NCBI RefSeq assembly: GCF_032062105.1
Contig: NW_026923836.1
Location: 124,001-188,000, forward strand
Origin: Saccostrea cucullata
Lineage: Eukaryota
DNA length: 64,000 nucleotides
Direction: 5' to 3'
In this document: positions 1 to 12,569 of the stretch, in pieces
Layout: each line of letters opens with the position of its first letter
Numbering within the stretch: the first letter of the stretch is position 1
Translations under genes and position numbers: made by a program
Notes under the pieces: model-generated
Seen by the model: the letters and a program-made list of their open reading frames with translations, nothing else
The model's database searches: none
Told to the model about the DNA's origin: nothing

Positions 1-54
1 TCTTTGGAGGACCAAAGACCTTTAAACACAATGGGCAGTCAGCCATTTGACCTC

Positions 55-107
55 CGGTGGCCAGATATCTCAGTTGGTGGAGCAACTGGAAAAAAGTTCG
101 AATCACT
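55..107 (+). mobile_element. Truncated copy of the same tRNA-derived repeat
   Basis: GGTGGCCAGATATCTCAGTTGGTGGAGCA..GTTCGAATC matches 50247-50312. Confidence 0.5.
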
Positions 108-164
108 CTCCGCTATATTTTTTCTCCCTTTACATTTGTTTAATTGACCAGTACTCTTTTGCAG

Positions 165-3100
165 GCTAACAACCCAGTAGCTGTTGGGAAGGCCCGATCT
201 AAGCAACAGAATTTACAGTGTGGTGAATACAGCCCTGATCCCACAGAGGAGAAAGTATTGTGTGTGCAAGTGCACGGTGATGCTTCTTTTTCTGCTCAGG
301 TAGGAATATCGTCTCAGTTGTTTAAGGAGATGAAAGGGTCACACTTTCTTTTATGTCTTTGGATTTTTTATTTGTTTATGATGATGCATTCTGAAGTTAC
401 CATATTCCATAGTAGCTCACCTTTTGTAAAGATTTACTGTTAACACATTTTCAGTGACATATAAAGGAATAAGTTTACTTTTTCCTCATTATCATGCACA
501 AAATGAAGGTTGTAATTCCTAATATATGTGTGTAATGTATGAATGTTTTTATTGTATTTCAAAGGGTATAGTAGCAGAAACATTCAGTATTGCTGAGTGT
601 CCACACTTCAATGTCGGTGGCAGTATACACTTAATTGTTAACAACCAGGTGGGCTTCACAACGGAGGCTTCCAGAGGCAGGTCAGCGGTCAAACACTAAA
701 TAACTTTTAAACTTTAAGAAGTTAAATATCTTTTAAAATGTCCTGCATTTGGCAGAGTTTTATCTTAATTATCAAATATTTGAAAAAGTCTTTTTATTTT
801 GCTACCGCAGTGCATTTCATCCTCTGTGTGATTATTTTACGCAGGTCCTCTAGATACAGTAGCTGTCTGGCCAAAATAAATGCCTATCCTGTTCTACATG
901 TAAATGCAGACTACCCAGAGGTATTGTAAGAAAGATAAGAAAGGCTAAGGCAGTATATTAAAAATATTTACCCTTTTGAAATGATTTACCGATACATATC
1001 TTTAATTAAAACAGAATACCACTGAACATGGATCCAAAAAAAAATTGATGATAAACATTAACTTTATTCACAAAAATTTAATATTGTAGCACCAAAAATA
1101 TTACTTTTTTGAATTCTGAAATTTTCATTCACTTCATGAAGCTAAAAAAAATGCAATAAAAATTTTGCATTGTTTTTCAAACAAGTGAAATCTTAATCTG
1201 AGCGATTTTCAACAGATTTTCAACATTCACAAATTAAATTTCTTGTTTCATTTTCTTACTATGGTCTAGTTACTCTATAGAGGTTTTAACATACCGTATC
1301 TGTTTTATATTGTAGGAAGTTTTACGAGTGACTTCTATAGCCATGGACTACAGGAAAAAGTTCAACAAAGATGTCATCATTGATTTCATCTGCTTCCGCA
1401 AACATGGCCACAATGAACTAGACGACCCCTCCTTTACCCAGCCGACCATGTATAAAGCGGTGAGAGGGAGGGACAGTATTCCCAACCAGTATGCTAACCT
1501 TCTTGTGGTATGTCGTCATATTACTGGTTCTAGCTAAATACATATAAAGAGTCCTTGTCCTATCTCTATGTAATTATTGTATCGTTAGTATGCTTACAAA
1601 CAGATTGGATTCATGCATTTTTCTAAAGAATTTTCTGAAAGGATTTTAAGTGTTCAATAAAAATCCTTCATACCTGTGACGACTATTTTATGTAGATCGA
1701 TGAGTTTTGTTAGGGAAAATACAGTATACGTTCACAACAGTTACATTCAAACTAGCAATAAAGACGTAATAAATCAAGAACTGTGCCACTTATTTATGAT
1801 CTTTTTCTCCATCATTTTTATATTCTAGTCCCAGGGACTGTGTGAGCAGGAGACATTAAATGAATCTGTCAAGACTTGGAATGCTACACTATCTGACCAT
1901 ATGTCTCAAGTGGAATCATATACACCTCAAGTAAAATATTTTATTTATTGGGCCAGAAAGATCTAAAGGTTTAAAGAATTGTAATTATAGTGACTTTACA
2001 GAATTGGTTCTTGAAATTTTGAAAAAAGTGCTCAATAACAGTTACAATATATTTAATTAAAACAGTACTACTGATGTAAGGAATGAAAATGTAGGATTAA
2101 CATTGTCAGTTACTTTAATAAGCATCTGTTTTGTAGAAATTTGACATCATTTACTCTAATTGCTATCTGTTTTGTAGAGATTTGACCTCCAGAGTCAGTG
2201 GAGTGAGCTGGTACAGCCAGGAGACATGATAACACACTGGGACACAGGGGTCTCTGTAGATCTACTGAAATACATAGGACAGAAGTCTGTAACCTGCTCT
2301 GATCTGGTGAGTGTACATGAGATTGTGTGATAGTATTGGTGAAAATTTTGGCTTAGGGTTTACATGTATGTATTTGAAGAATTATGGTCTTCTTGTATTA
2401 TTTATTCCATATTGTTGGCAGCATCTTTCAGTCTTTTAGCAAATTCTAATTCAGAGGGTTTTCATTTTATTATTGATGCAGCCATAGCAAAATTAAATTA
2501 GGAAAGCTTCAAAAATGGATGAAATTTTCACTAAAACAGAATTCTTCCCTTTTTGATGTTTTATAAGTAAAGGAAAAGGCTTTATGCTCAAGATGAAAAT
2601 TAGACACGTCTATTTGATATTGTAGAAAATCCACCCCAATGTACAGAAGGCCCATGTGGACCGTCGTCTGGAGAGGATGAAGGAGGGACGGGGGCTGGAC
2701 TGGGCCACAGCAGAGGCTCTGGCTTTTGGTTCACTGCTCTACCAGGGTAAGCTTCACATAACCTAAACTAAAATGTTTTAAAAATTCATTTATGACAGTG
2801 CAGGTGCTAAAAATGCACAAATCTGTGTCAAATTTACATACACAATGACAATCACATGAAACATGTACATGTATGTTCAGGAAAATCTTTTACTGTGTAT
2901 TCCTGTATGGGGAAGAATAAATCAATTGAAGAATTTTAAAATAAGTTATTCAAACACTTTCTTAAGCAAAGATAAATCCTAGGTGGGGCAAAAAATGACT
3001 TGATTTTGGATACCTTCATGAGGGTGGTTTTTTTTTGTAGGTTATAATGTTCGAGTGAGTGGACAGGATGTTGGGAGGGGAACCTTCAGTCACAGACACG

Positions 3101-6100
3101 GTATGCTGGTGGACCAGGAGACGGATGAGATCCACATCCCCCTAAACCACATCAAGGAGGGTCAGACAGGCTTCCTGGAGGTAAAATAGAAAGGGTTATG
3201 ACTTTGGAGGGGGGACTTACCAGATATAACATCAGGAGATCAAAAAAGGGTTCTATAGCAATGAAGCTTAAGTGTCTGGTTTATATGGTGAATGTTACCT
3301 TATCTATAACACCATCCATTTAATATTTGGCTGATACAGTAAAACATGCTTTAACATTCCAGGAACAGTTGATTTTGTTTCTTCATGAATATAACGTCTT
3401 ATATCTGTTACGTTCACATACCATGGGAAATGAAAATCACTGCACTGTAAGAATCGGTTTATTTTTAGCAAGCAATAAGCATGTCTTACTGTATTGTTAT
3501 AAATTATAAACATGTTGTACATGGTACTTTTCCAGCTGGCTAACAGTGCCCTATCTGAGGAGGCGGTCCTGGGCTTTGAGTACGGGATGAGTATAGATAA
3601 CCCTAACAACCTGATTATCTGGGAGGCCCAGTTTGGGGATTTCTTCATTGGAGCACAAATCATCATAGATACCTACATTGCCAGCGGAGAATGTAAGTAG
3701 ATTACTGACAGACAGTCATATTAGCAGATTTTGCTTTGAAGAATTGAAATTTTCATTGAACAGAGCATTAAAAAATTGAAAATTTTATCTAATATGTAGC
3801 TGTTTATTTCACTGTTTCAAGAACTCTATTTTTCTTTGTTTTGCACTGGGAATTTTATACTCATATTATGAAGTCCCTGTTTCACTAAATTTTATCTAAT
3901 GATTGGTTATGGATAACAATGATATAGCTCCTAGCATACATACTTTTGGTCTTTCAGTGAAATGGCTGCTGCAGACAGGACTAGTGATGCTATTACCTCA
4001 TGGAATGGATGGAGCAGGACCAGAACACTCATCCTGTAGGATAGAAAGGTTCCTACAGGTTGGGATTTTAACAAATTAGGATTACAATCTATTTTCTTCA
4101 TCAGACTTTACATTGACCATGCAGTATTGGTCAGGTGGTATTCATAAATGACCTTGACATGTATCTGTTGTAGATGTGTGACAGCAGTGAGGTCAAAGTG
4201 GACGGAGACAACATTAACTTGCAGGTCGTGAACCCCACCACCCCCGCACAATACTTCCACCTCCTCAGGAAACAGGTGCTGTGGTACTCTGTACTGATAA
4301 AAATCAGTCCATAATAAATGGACAACCAAAACAATTCAGAACACAAGATAATATTTTCCTGTAGTTTTTTCACCTGTGCTGAGTTCTTGGAGATGATTGA
4401 ATCACAAATTATTCTAACACTTTTAGATGGTACGTAACTTTAGGAAGCCCTTAGTAGTGGTGGCTCCAAAAATCTTACTGCGTCTGCCAGAGGCCACCTC
4501 TACTCTTGATGAAATGGCCCCTGGAACCACCTTCCTCCCAGTATTTGGCGACCCTGATGTGTCTGCGAAGAATGTCTCCAAAGTTATTTTCTGCTCTGGC
4601 AAACACTACTACACACTAGTAAAGGAGAGGGAAAATCTCAAACTTCAAAATGTTGCTGTGATTCGTTTGGAGGTACATATTGTAAATAATTATACATGTA
4701 TTAAATACTGAATAAGAATGTGATTATTATTAAAATAATGATATTCATTTTTTAAATGGATGTCTATGAGACTGCAAACCAATTATTCTGAGAATTTTCT
4801 TGGAAATGAATTGTCAATTTTATGATAAAATATCCAGATTGCGTGTTTTTTTTTCTGTTAAATCCTTTATGTGGGTAAAATGAAATCATTTCTTAAAGTG
4901 TTGATGAACTGCAAACAGAGCTTAATAATCATAATTTTTTTAAAAAAATAGATTTCTTAAAAATGCAGCTGATTGGTATTTAAAGCTGTGTATGCAAAAA
5001 ACTTATTCTTTGAGAGAATTTATTTGACGAAATGAAAAATCATTTTGTCCCTTAAAAATGCTCCGACAGCACATTATAAATACATGTATGATTAATATTC
5101 TGGGATTTCTCTTTCAAGAGCTTGTGTCCATTCCCGGCTTCAGAAGTACAAGAAGAGCTGAATAAATTTTCTAATGCCACAGGTAAAAAAAAAATATCTG
5201 AAGCTACTGCTTTCTTTTGTTTACTATGTGTATTTGAGACCTTTCATTCTTGAAATTCACCAGCAAATATTAATCTCCATAAAATGGAGGTAAATAAGAT
5301 AAGAAGAAATCATTATAATTTTTATGTACAATATTATGATAAATATAGCTATCCAGTTAAAACATTATTAGTTACTAGTATGTAGACTGAGGGATAATAC
5401 AAAAATATGTATTTTTTTTCAAGGACCTCACATATTTCCATATTACCCCTCTAAGTGGCTACATAACAAATTTATCCTGTCAAAGATTTTTTAATAAAGT
5501 TCTTTTTCTCTGAGGTAACAAATTGTTCTGTAACAATTGTTTACATTGTGACGTCATTTTTTGTTCATATGACGTCAGTTATTAGGCTTTTGCGTGTTCA
5601 AATGAAAACAACTTATCTGTGCTGTATGGCACGCGGAGGGGATTTGATGTGATGTGTGGTGGGTAGGTCATGTGGAGGGGGCACATTAGCAATATGATGT
5701 GGGTAGACAGCATAGTATTGATTGATACAGTATTTTTCTCTACCAATGAAATTTCACAATTTTTATCAGAAGCAGAATAATGCAGCATACAGTATCACTA
5801 TTTATTTTCACAATTAAATTTGTGTAAATGGTGTGTGCCAGGAAATGTTTGTAAGTTGAATAAGGTCTCAAAAACCCACAAATATAGATCCAATGCAATG
5901 TGAACAAAGTTGGTTTACAGTTACATGTACTTGAATATTGTACATAACTAAAAGACATTAAGTACTGGTAATTATTTATATATCGGTTTTTGTAGACTTT
6001 GTGTGGAGTCAGGAAGAACACAGAAACATGGGAGCCTGGAGTTTTGTGTCACCTAGATTTGAAAATGTTTTAGGAAAGAAGGTAAATTATTAAGAAAGGC

Positions 6101-6445
6101 ATAAAATGATTTGCCACAAGAATGTTTTATTTAATGTTTCTTCAGGGCAATAAACAGTTGAATTTATTTATACCTAGTAAATCTAACACCTTTTCCCCCC
6201 ATTTATTAATGAATTAACCACTATATATATATTTTTTGTGGTGATTTTTATTGCAAGTTTGCAGCCATTTGAAAATTATGAAATTTAGCATGTTCTTGCA
6301 TTGTGTTTGATATTTATGTTGTAAATGTACATATTTTTTGTAGTTGAGGTATGCTGGTCGTGATCACCTGGGGACCCCCGCCACTGGTATAGGTCTGATT
6401 CATCAAGCTGAGGCCAAATCCATACTGCAGCAAACATTCAGTTGA
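165..6445 (+). CDS. DHTKD1: 2-oxoadipate dehydrogenase E1 (DHTKD1), 3' portion; 5' exons lie upstream of the window
   Basis: GT-AG exons that join in frame: 165-299, 565-680, 845-920, 1316-1507, 1829-1930, 2178-2306, 2626-2746, 3041-3180, 3536-3692, 3958-4058, 4174-4275, 4427-4672, 5119-5182, 5996-6081, 6344-6445 (TGA). Motifs include [11 protein letters not shown] (TPP-binding), [90 protein letters not shown] and [12 protein letters not shown]. The C-terminus [17 protein letters not shown] is DHTKD1-like rather than OGDH-like. Confidence 0.93.
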
Positions 6446-7280
6446 TCTCAAAAGGGAGCTAATAATAAATCGAAGTAATGGTATCTCAAAAGGGGGAATC
6501 ATAACAAATCAAAGTATTCTTGATAAATTTCTTTATTTTATATAAGCAGAGGTCTAATATTTCATGTTGTGATGTCAGTGTCTGAATTGTACATTTGGAG
6601 TATATTGTTTAAATGTATAGACTGCAAATTTTAAAGAATTTATTTTGTTCTGGTCTTGTGAGACACAAAGGTATTGTTATTACCGATAGTTAAGAAGTTA
6701 TACATTTATACTGAAAATAGGAATCTCGGGGTAATTTTCTGTTTGCATGCATTTAGTCATATAATATACCGGGTACATGAGTAGAAAGATTTATATTGCT
6801 AATCTAAAAATATGTGCATTTGCGATCAAATATAGTCATTTCATTTTTATGAAAAGGGCATTTATCAAATCCAAGGAAGTCAGTATTTAAACAAAATTTT
6901 ATTTTCACATTTTATTAATTTAATTTTTTTATTTATTAAAAAAAAAATATTAATTAAATATTTCCAAAGATTTATTTATTTTAAGAAGAAAAAATAGTGC
7001 TTGTTATACTAGTATACATTCTTATACAATGCTTAATATTATATAGAGATGGAAGGTCATATTTTTTTTACATTTGTCCTAGTCCGGTGCATTGAAGTAC
7101 AATTATCTTATTAGTTTATACATGTACCTATCTTTTTAAATGCTTGTAATTGTGATTTTTTTTAAAAGAATAAATTATTTACATATGCACATAATTTATA
7201 CATTAAGTGCTTTTTTTTAAGCAGAGGAAACCTGAAAAATAAATATAAAATATATTTAATAGATTTACTTATCTGAAGTA

Positions 7281-7509
7281 CTGTAAATCGTTTTAATTCC
7301 ACGAAGTTAAAATTTCACGATATCTCTAAAAGTATCAATCGCGATTGTTTTAATTTCACGCTGGAAGAAATTATTTTAAGTCTCTTTAAAGCATTTAAAC
7401 ATCTTTGAAAAGTAATGATAGCATTCACGATGGGTTTAATTTCGCGGAAAAATGATAAATCGCGAACATAGCGAAATTAAAACCATCGTGAATATTTGCC
7501 AATCTACAG
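7281..7509. mobile_element. TA-flanked MITE (Tc1/mariner-like)
   Basis: TA|CTGTAAAT...ATCTACAG|TA, with internal TTTAATTTCRCG repeats. Confidence 0.65.
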
Positions 7510-8059
7510 TAAATGTAAATATTTTCACCCAAATGAATATATCATGATGAGATTATTTTGTGTGTTTAACAGACTGTGTATTCTAACTTTTTAAAGGTAA
7601 TGGATGTATTTTTGTTTTTCTTTAAATTTAATAATCTAATGGTTTTGACACTATAAATATATTTGTGATATTTTGGTTATTAATTATTGTGCCATTTTTG
7701 TGTGAATAAAAACTCAGAACTCCCAAGTATCTTGTTTTTTATTATGCCCTCCTCACCAAAGATTCTTTTGATGTTTAGTGCCAAGGATTTCATTTTCTTA
7801 ATTGAATTCTTTGTGACTTTTTCATTACCATAAAAATATTCTTGACTTCTTGACTTCAGATTGACCTAGCTACTTTTGTTAGACTAACTTTGACCTTGAA
7901 AATTTTTTCATGTTTATTCGTTGTGACAAGGACTTTCTTTTGGTAACAAGATTTTTGGCTTACTTACTTTGGAGCTGACCTACATTGTAGCTAGAAAGCT
8001 GCATTTGAAAAACATGGTTTTAAGCTGCCATGGGAAGAGGAAGGGGAAGCATCTGTTTT

Positions 8060-8588
8060 AACAAGAGGCACATGGGCCACAACGCTCACCTGAGTAGCTT
8101 TGACCATGCTGTTCTTTACCAGATTTACCCCAAGTAATACATATTGTGACCCCACCCTACCCCACAGGTCATGATTTGGACAATTTAAAATCTACATTAT
8201 CCCAGGATGTTTTCACATAAGTTTCAGCTTTTCTGGTCCAGTGGTTCTTGAGAAGTAGATTCTTCAATTCAGTTCAATTCATTTATTGACAAAGATTTTT
8301 CCTTTTAAATTCTTTGTAAAACTTTGATTCCCTAGTGGCCCTGCCCTACCCCCACGGGTCATGATTTGAACAATTTAGAATCTACACTACCCTGTGATGC
8401 TTCCACATAAGTTTCAGCTTTTCTGGCCCAGTGGTTCTTGAGAAGAAGATTTTTAAAGATTGTTCCTATATTTTCTATGTTAAACTTTGATTCCCTATTG
8501 TGGCCCCACCCTGTGAAGGGACTTGGCCCTTAATTTTTACAATTTAAACTCCCCTTCACCCAAGGATGCTTTGTTCCAAGTTTGGTTA

Positions 8589-8625
<37 letters not shown>

Positions 8626-8682
8626 GTGAAAAGTTTACAGACGGACAGAGAGCTAGACAGAAGGACAGACATAATGTGAATT

Positions 8683-8723
<41 letters not shown>
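8060..8723 (-). mobile_element. Non-autonomous Helentron/HINE with ~2-3 internal ~166-bp Cg170/HindIII-like repeats
   Basis: One end is AACAAGAGGCACATGGGCC (hairpin) plus subterminal GCTCACCTGAG. The other end is GAGCCTTCGGCTCAGGTGAGCTAAAAA, with a (GACA/GACG) microsatellite just inside it. Confidence 0.8.
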
Positions 8724-8962
8724 CATCTTATTTCTTCTCTGTTGCAGATGTGCAAATAATCCATCAACTGACCATATTTTGGGACAATCGGTTTCATTTG
8801 GATAAAGCCTTCTTTTTACTCTTAATCCTTGTTTTGATTGCAAAGGGTATTTCTTGTAAGTTCACTTCACTTGGTACACTAATCTAGTACCGGTATATAT
8901 TGTATATTTTGTTATGATACATGTATCAAAACATGAACAATTCTTATTAATTCCTCATTTAA

Positions 8963-9165
8963 TTTTTAGTTTGTAAGAGCTGGAGGCTTAAGTGTCAGAG
9001 CTTTTCTTATTGAAATCTGTCATCATAAACTTTCATTCATTTTCATCTTCTTCTCCAAAACCACTGGGCCAACTTTGACCAACTTGCCAAAAAGCATCTT
9101 TGGGTGGAGGTGATTCAATTTTGTTCGAATGAAGATCACGCCCTCTTTCAAGGAGAGATCATTCA
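8963..9165 (+). mobile_element. Degenerate 5' fragment of the same Helentron family in the opposite orientation
   Basis: TTTTTAG..GAGCTGGAGGCTTAAGTG..AGCTTTTCT..CTTCTTCTCCAAAACCACTGGGCCAA is the reverse complement of the 8560-8723 type end. Confidence 0.6.
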
Positions 9166-9212
9166 AAATTGTTGTTCCTTGTAACCCTATTGCAACAACT
9201 GATTAAGTAGAG

Positions 9213-12200
9213 AAACCAGAAGTCTCTGTCGAGACTGTAGCTCTACTGGTTTGTACTTATAACAAAGGATGAGAAAAGAAGCCATTGCCATCAGACCAAA
9301 ACTGTAGAGGGAGTATCATGTTAAAGGAATTTCACAGAAATTTCTATTTTTAGTAACAATGGTAACACTGTACATCGAAATCAAAATCCAATGCACTATT
9401 TATGTATCTTAGTGTAGTCTACTTGTGTGCCAAGTTATATTGAAATCAGACCAAAACTGTAAAAGGAGTAGCATTTTTAAGGAATTTCACAGAAAATTCT
9501 ATTTTTAGTAACCATGGCAACACCATTCATTGAAATCAAAATTGAATGCACTATTTTTAGCTCTTCTGAGCCAAAGGCTCAAAGAGCTAATGCTATGGCC
9601 ATTTGTGTGGTGTGCGTCGTGCGGTGTGCGTTAACTTTTTAGAATATGGGCCATAACTCAAGAACCCCTTGGCCAATCAGTGTCAAATTTGTCACAGGGT
9701 ATCCTTGGCCCAAGGGCTACCATTTATACTAAAATAAGGGTTGGGACCCTAAAACAAGGGGAGATAATCAGGAAAACAAAACCAAAAGTACTGGTTGCAA
9801 AAAAATCTTCTTCTCCAGAACCACCAGGCAGATTTTCACCAAACTTACATACAATGATCAGGATATGTTGAAGATTAAAAATTGTTCAAGGCATGACCCT
9901 GGGGCAAAGGGCGTGGTCTCACACTTCAAAGTTGACCTAAATTTACAATTAATGAAAATGTCTATATTTTACTTACTATAAGGACTAGGATCATCAAATC
10001 TTGTAAGTAGATGCATCTTAGGACTTCACATCATGTTAACTCAAAAGTAGGTCACGGTGACCTACTTTTTTAATTTTGCGGGCATTTGTTTACAAATTGA
10101 TTTGAAGGCATATTTAGGACACTTTAAGGCCTATGATCATCAAACTTTGTCAGTTGATGCATCTTGGGTCCTTGAACAACGTAACTTAAAAGTAGGTCAC
10201 CGTGACCTACTTTTTGAACTTTATGACTTATCCTGTTTAAAACATTTCATCCCATTATTTCAGACACTGAGAGGGTTAGAATCATCAAATCTTGTAAGTT
10301 GCTGCATCTTGGGACCTTAAAACATATTTAAGTAAAAGTAGGTCACTGTGACCTACTTTTTGAACTTTATGACTTATCCTTTTTAAAACATTTCATCCCA
10401 TTATTTCAGACACTGAGAGGGTTAGAATCATCAAATCTTGTAAGTTGCTGCATCTTGGGACCTTAAAACATATTTAAGTAAAAGTAGGTCACTGTGACCT
10501 ACTTTTAGAATTTTGCAGGCATTTGTTTTCAAATTGTTTAAAAGGCATATTTTGATTACCTTCAGACCAATGATCATCAAACTTGGTCAGCTGATGCATC
10601 TTGGGACTCTGAAAAATGTGACCTACTTTCGACATTTTATGGCTATATTTCAGTATCTTAGGTATTTCTTGGCTTAGAATCATCAAACTTTGTGAGTTGA
10701 TGCATCTTGGGTTTTCGGAGAGTGATGACCAAAAATTAGGTCACGGTGACCTACTTTCAATATTTTATTGCTATATTTATGTATCTCCAGTACTTTTCAG
10801 CTTAGAATCATTAAACTTTGTCAGTTGATGCATCTTGGGTTTTGAATGTCGACCAAAAAGTAGGTCACGGTGACCTACTTTTGACATTAAATGGCTATAT
10901 TTATGTATTTCTGGTACTTATCGGCTTAGAATCATCAAACTTTGTTAGTTTATGCCTCTTGGGTTTTCAGAGAATGTCGACCAAAAAGTAGGTCACAGTG
11001 ACCTACTTTTGAATATCAGGTAATTGGCTTAGAATTATCAAACTTGGTTAGCAGATGCATCTGAGGCCTCTGATAAATGTCAACCAAAATGTAGGTCACG
11101 ATGACCTACTTTTGACATTTAATAGCTATATTTACTATCTCCAGTACTTATCGGCTTAAAATCATCAAACTTTGTCAGTGTATGCATCTTGGGTTTTCGG
11201 AGAATGTTGACCAAAAAGTAGGTCACGATGACCTACTTTTGACATTTTATGGCTATATTTAAGTATCTCCGGTACTTATTGGCTTAGAATCATCAAACTT
11301 TGTTAGTTTATGCCTCTTGGGTTTTCAGAGAATGTCGACTAAAAAGTAGGTGACGGTGACATACTTTTGAATATCTCCGGTACTTATTGGCTTAGAATCA
11401 TCAAACTTTGTCAGTTAATGTATCTTGGGTTTTCCAAGAGTGTAGACCAAAAAGTAGGTCAAGGTGACCTACTTTTGAATATCTCAAATACATATTGGCT
11501 TAGAATCTTCAATCTTAGTTTGTCTATTATGTATCTTGAGTCCTCAGAAAACTTCAGTCTTAAAGTTGGTCACCATGACCTACTCATGTTTTTTTTTTTT
11601 ATAGCTTTATTAAAATATCCTAGTCCTAATTGGCTAAGAATCATCAAACTTTTTATCAGATGATGCAGCTTAGGTTTTAGGATACTTAGGGTTAGAGGAT
11701 TCAAATACAAGTGATAGGTTGTACAATTTATCAGAAGAGCGATTCAAGGCCCTTGGGCCTCTTGTATGTATCTTAGTGTAGTCTACTTGTGTGCCAAGTT
11801 ATATTGAAATCAGACCAAAATTGTAGAGGGAGTAGCGTTTTTAAAGGTATTTCACAGAAAATTCTATTTTTAGTAACCATGGCAACACAATTCATCAAAA
11901 TCAAAATCGAATGCACTATTTTATGTATCTTAGTGTAGTCTACTTGTGTGCCAAGTTATATTGAAATCAGACCAAAACTGTAGAGGGAGTAGTGTTTTAA
12001 AGGTATTTCACAGAAAATTCTATTTTTAGTAACCATGGCAACACAGTTCATCGAAATCAAAATCCGATGCATTATTTTAGGTATCTTAGTGTAGTCTACT
12101 TGTGTGCCAAGTTATACTGAAATCAGACCAAAACTGTAGAAGAAGTAGCGTTTTAAAGGAATTACACAGAAAATTCTATTTTTAGTAACCATGGCAACAC

Positions 12201-12569
12201 CGTTCATCGAAATCAAAAACCGATGCACTATTTCATGTATCTTAGTGTAGTCTACTTGTGTGCCAAGTTATATTGAAATCAGATCAAAACTGTAGGAGGA
12301 GTAGCATTTTAAAGGAATTTCACAGAAAATTCTATTTTTGGTAACCATGGCAACACCGTTCAAGGAAATCAAAATCCAATGCACTATTTTATGTATCTTA
12401 GTGTAGTATACTTGTGTGCCAAATTATATTAAAATCAGACCAAAACTGTAGGAGGAGTAGCATTTTGAAAAATTGTTTACAGACAGACGGACAGCTAGAC
12501 AGACGGACGGACGACGGACACCTTACTATCGCATAAGCTCTTCTGGTCTCTGACCAGTAGAGCTAAAAA
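9213..12569 (-). mobile_element. Non-autonomous Helentron-type element with 156-bp internal tandem repeats, interrupted by a nested element
   Basis: The left end has hairpin AGTCTC-TGTC-GAGACT and subterminal AGCTCTACTGGT. The right end has the inverse ACCAGTAGAGCTAAAAA, preceded by a (GACG/GACA) microsatellite. The repeat register is 11784/11941/12097/12253/12409. Confidence 0.8.
9557..11764 (+). mobile_element. Nested non-autonomous Helentron-type element with 103-146-bp internal repeats
   Basis: It begins TTAGCTCTTCTGAGCCAAAGGCTCAAAGAGCT and ends TCAGAAGAGCGA..AGGCCCTTGGGCCTCTTG. It splits the host repeat GCACTATTT|TATGTATCTTAG within a T-run with no TSD, as expected for Helentrons. Confidence 0.82.

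Noticed and set aside
3304-4373. Antisense ORFs over DHTKD1 exons and other unassigned 60-120-aa ORFs in the track
   Set aside because: These are shadows of real exons or low-complexity AT-rich frames with no motif or splice support.
5360-5800. Possible interspersed element in a DHTKD1 intron
   Set aside because: Composition suggests a repeat, but no termini or TSD could be defined.
9680-11663. Several 60-100-aa ORFs within the nested element
   Set aside because: They have no Rep/helicase or other motifs and are chance frames in tandem repeats.
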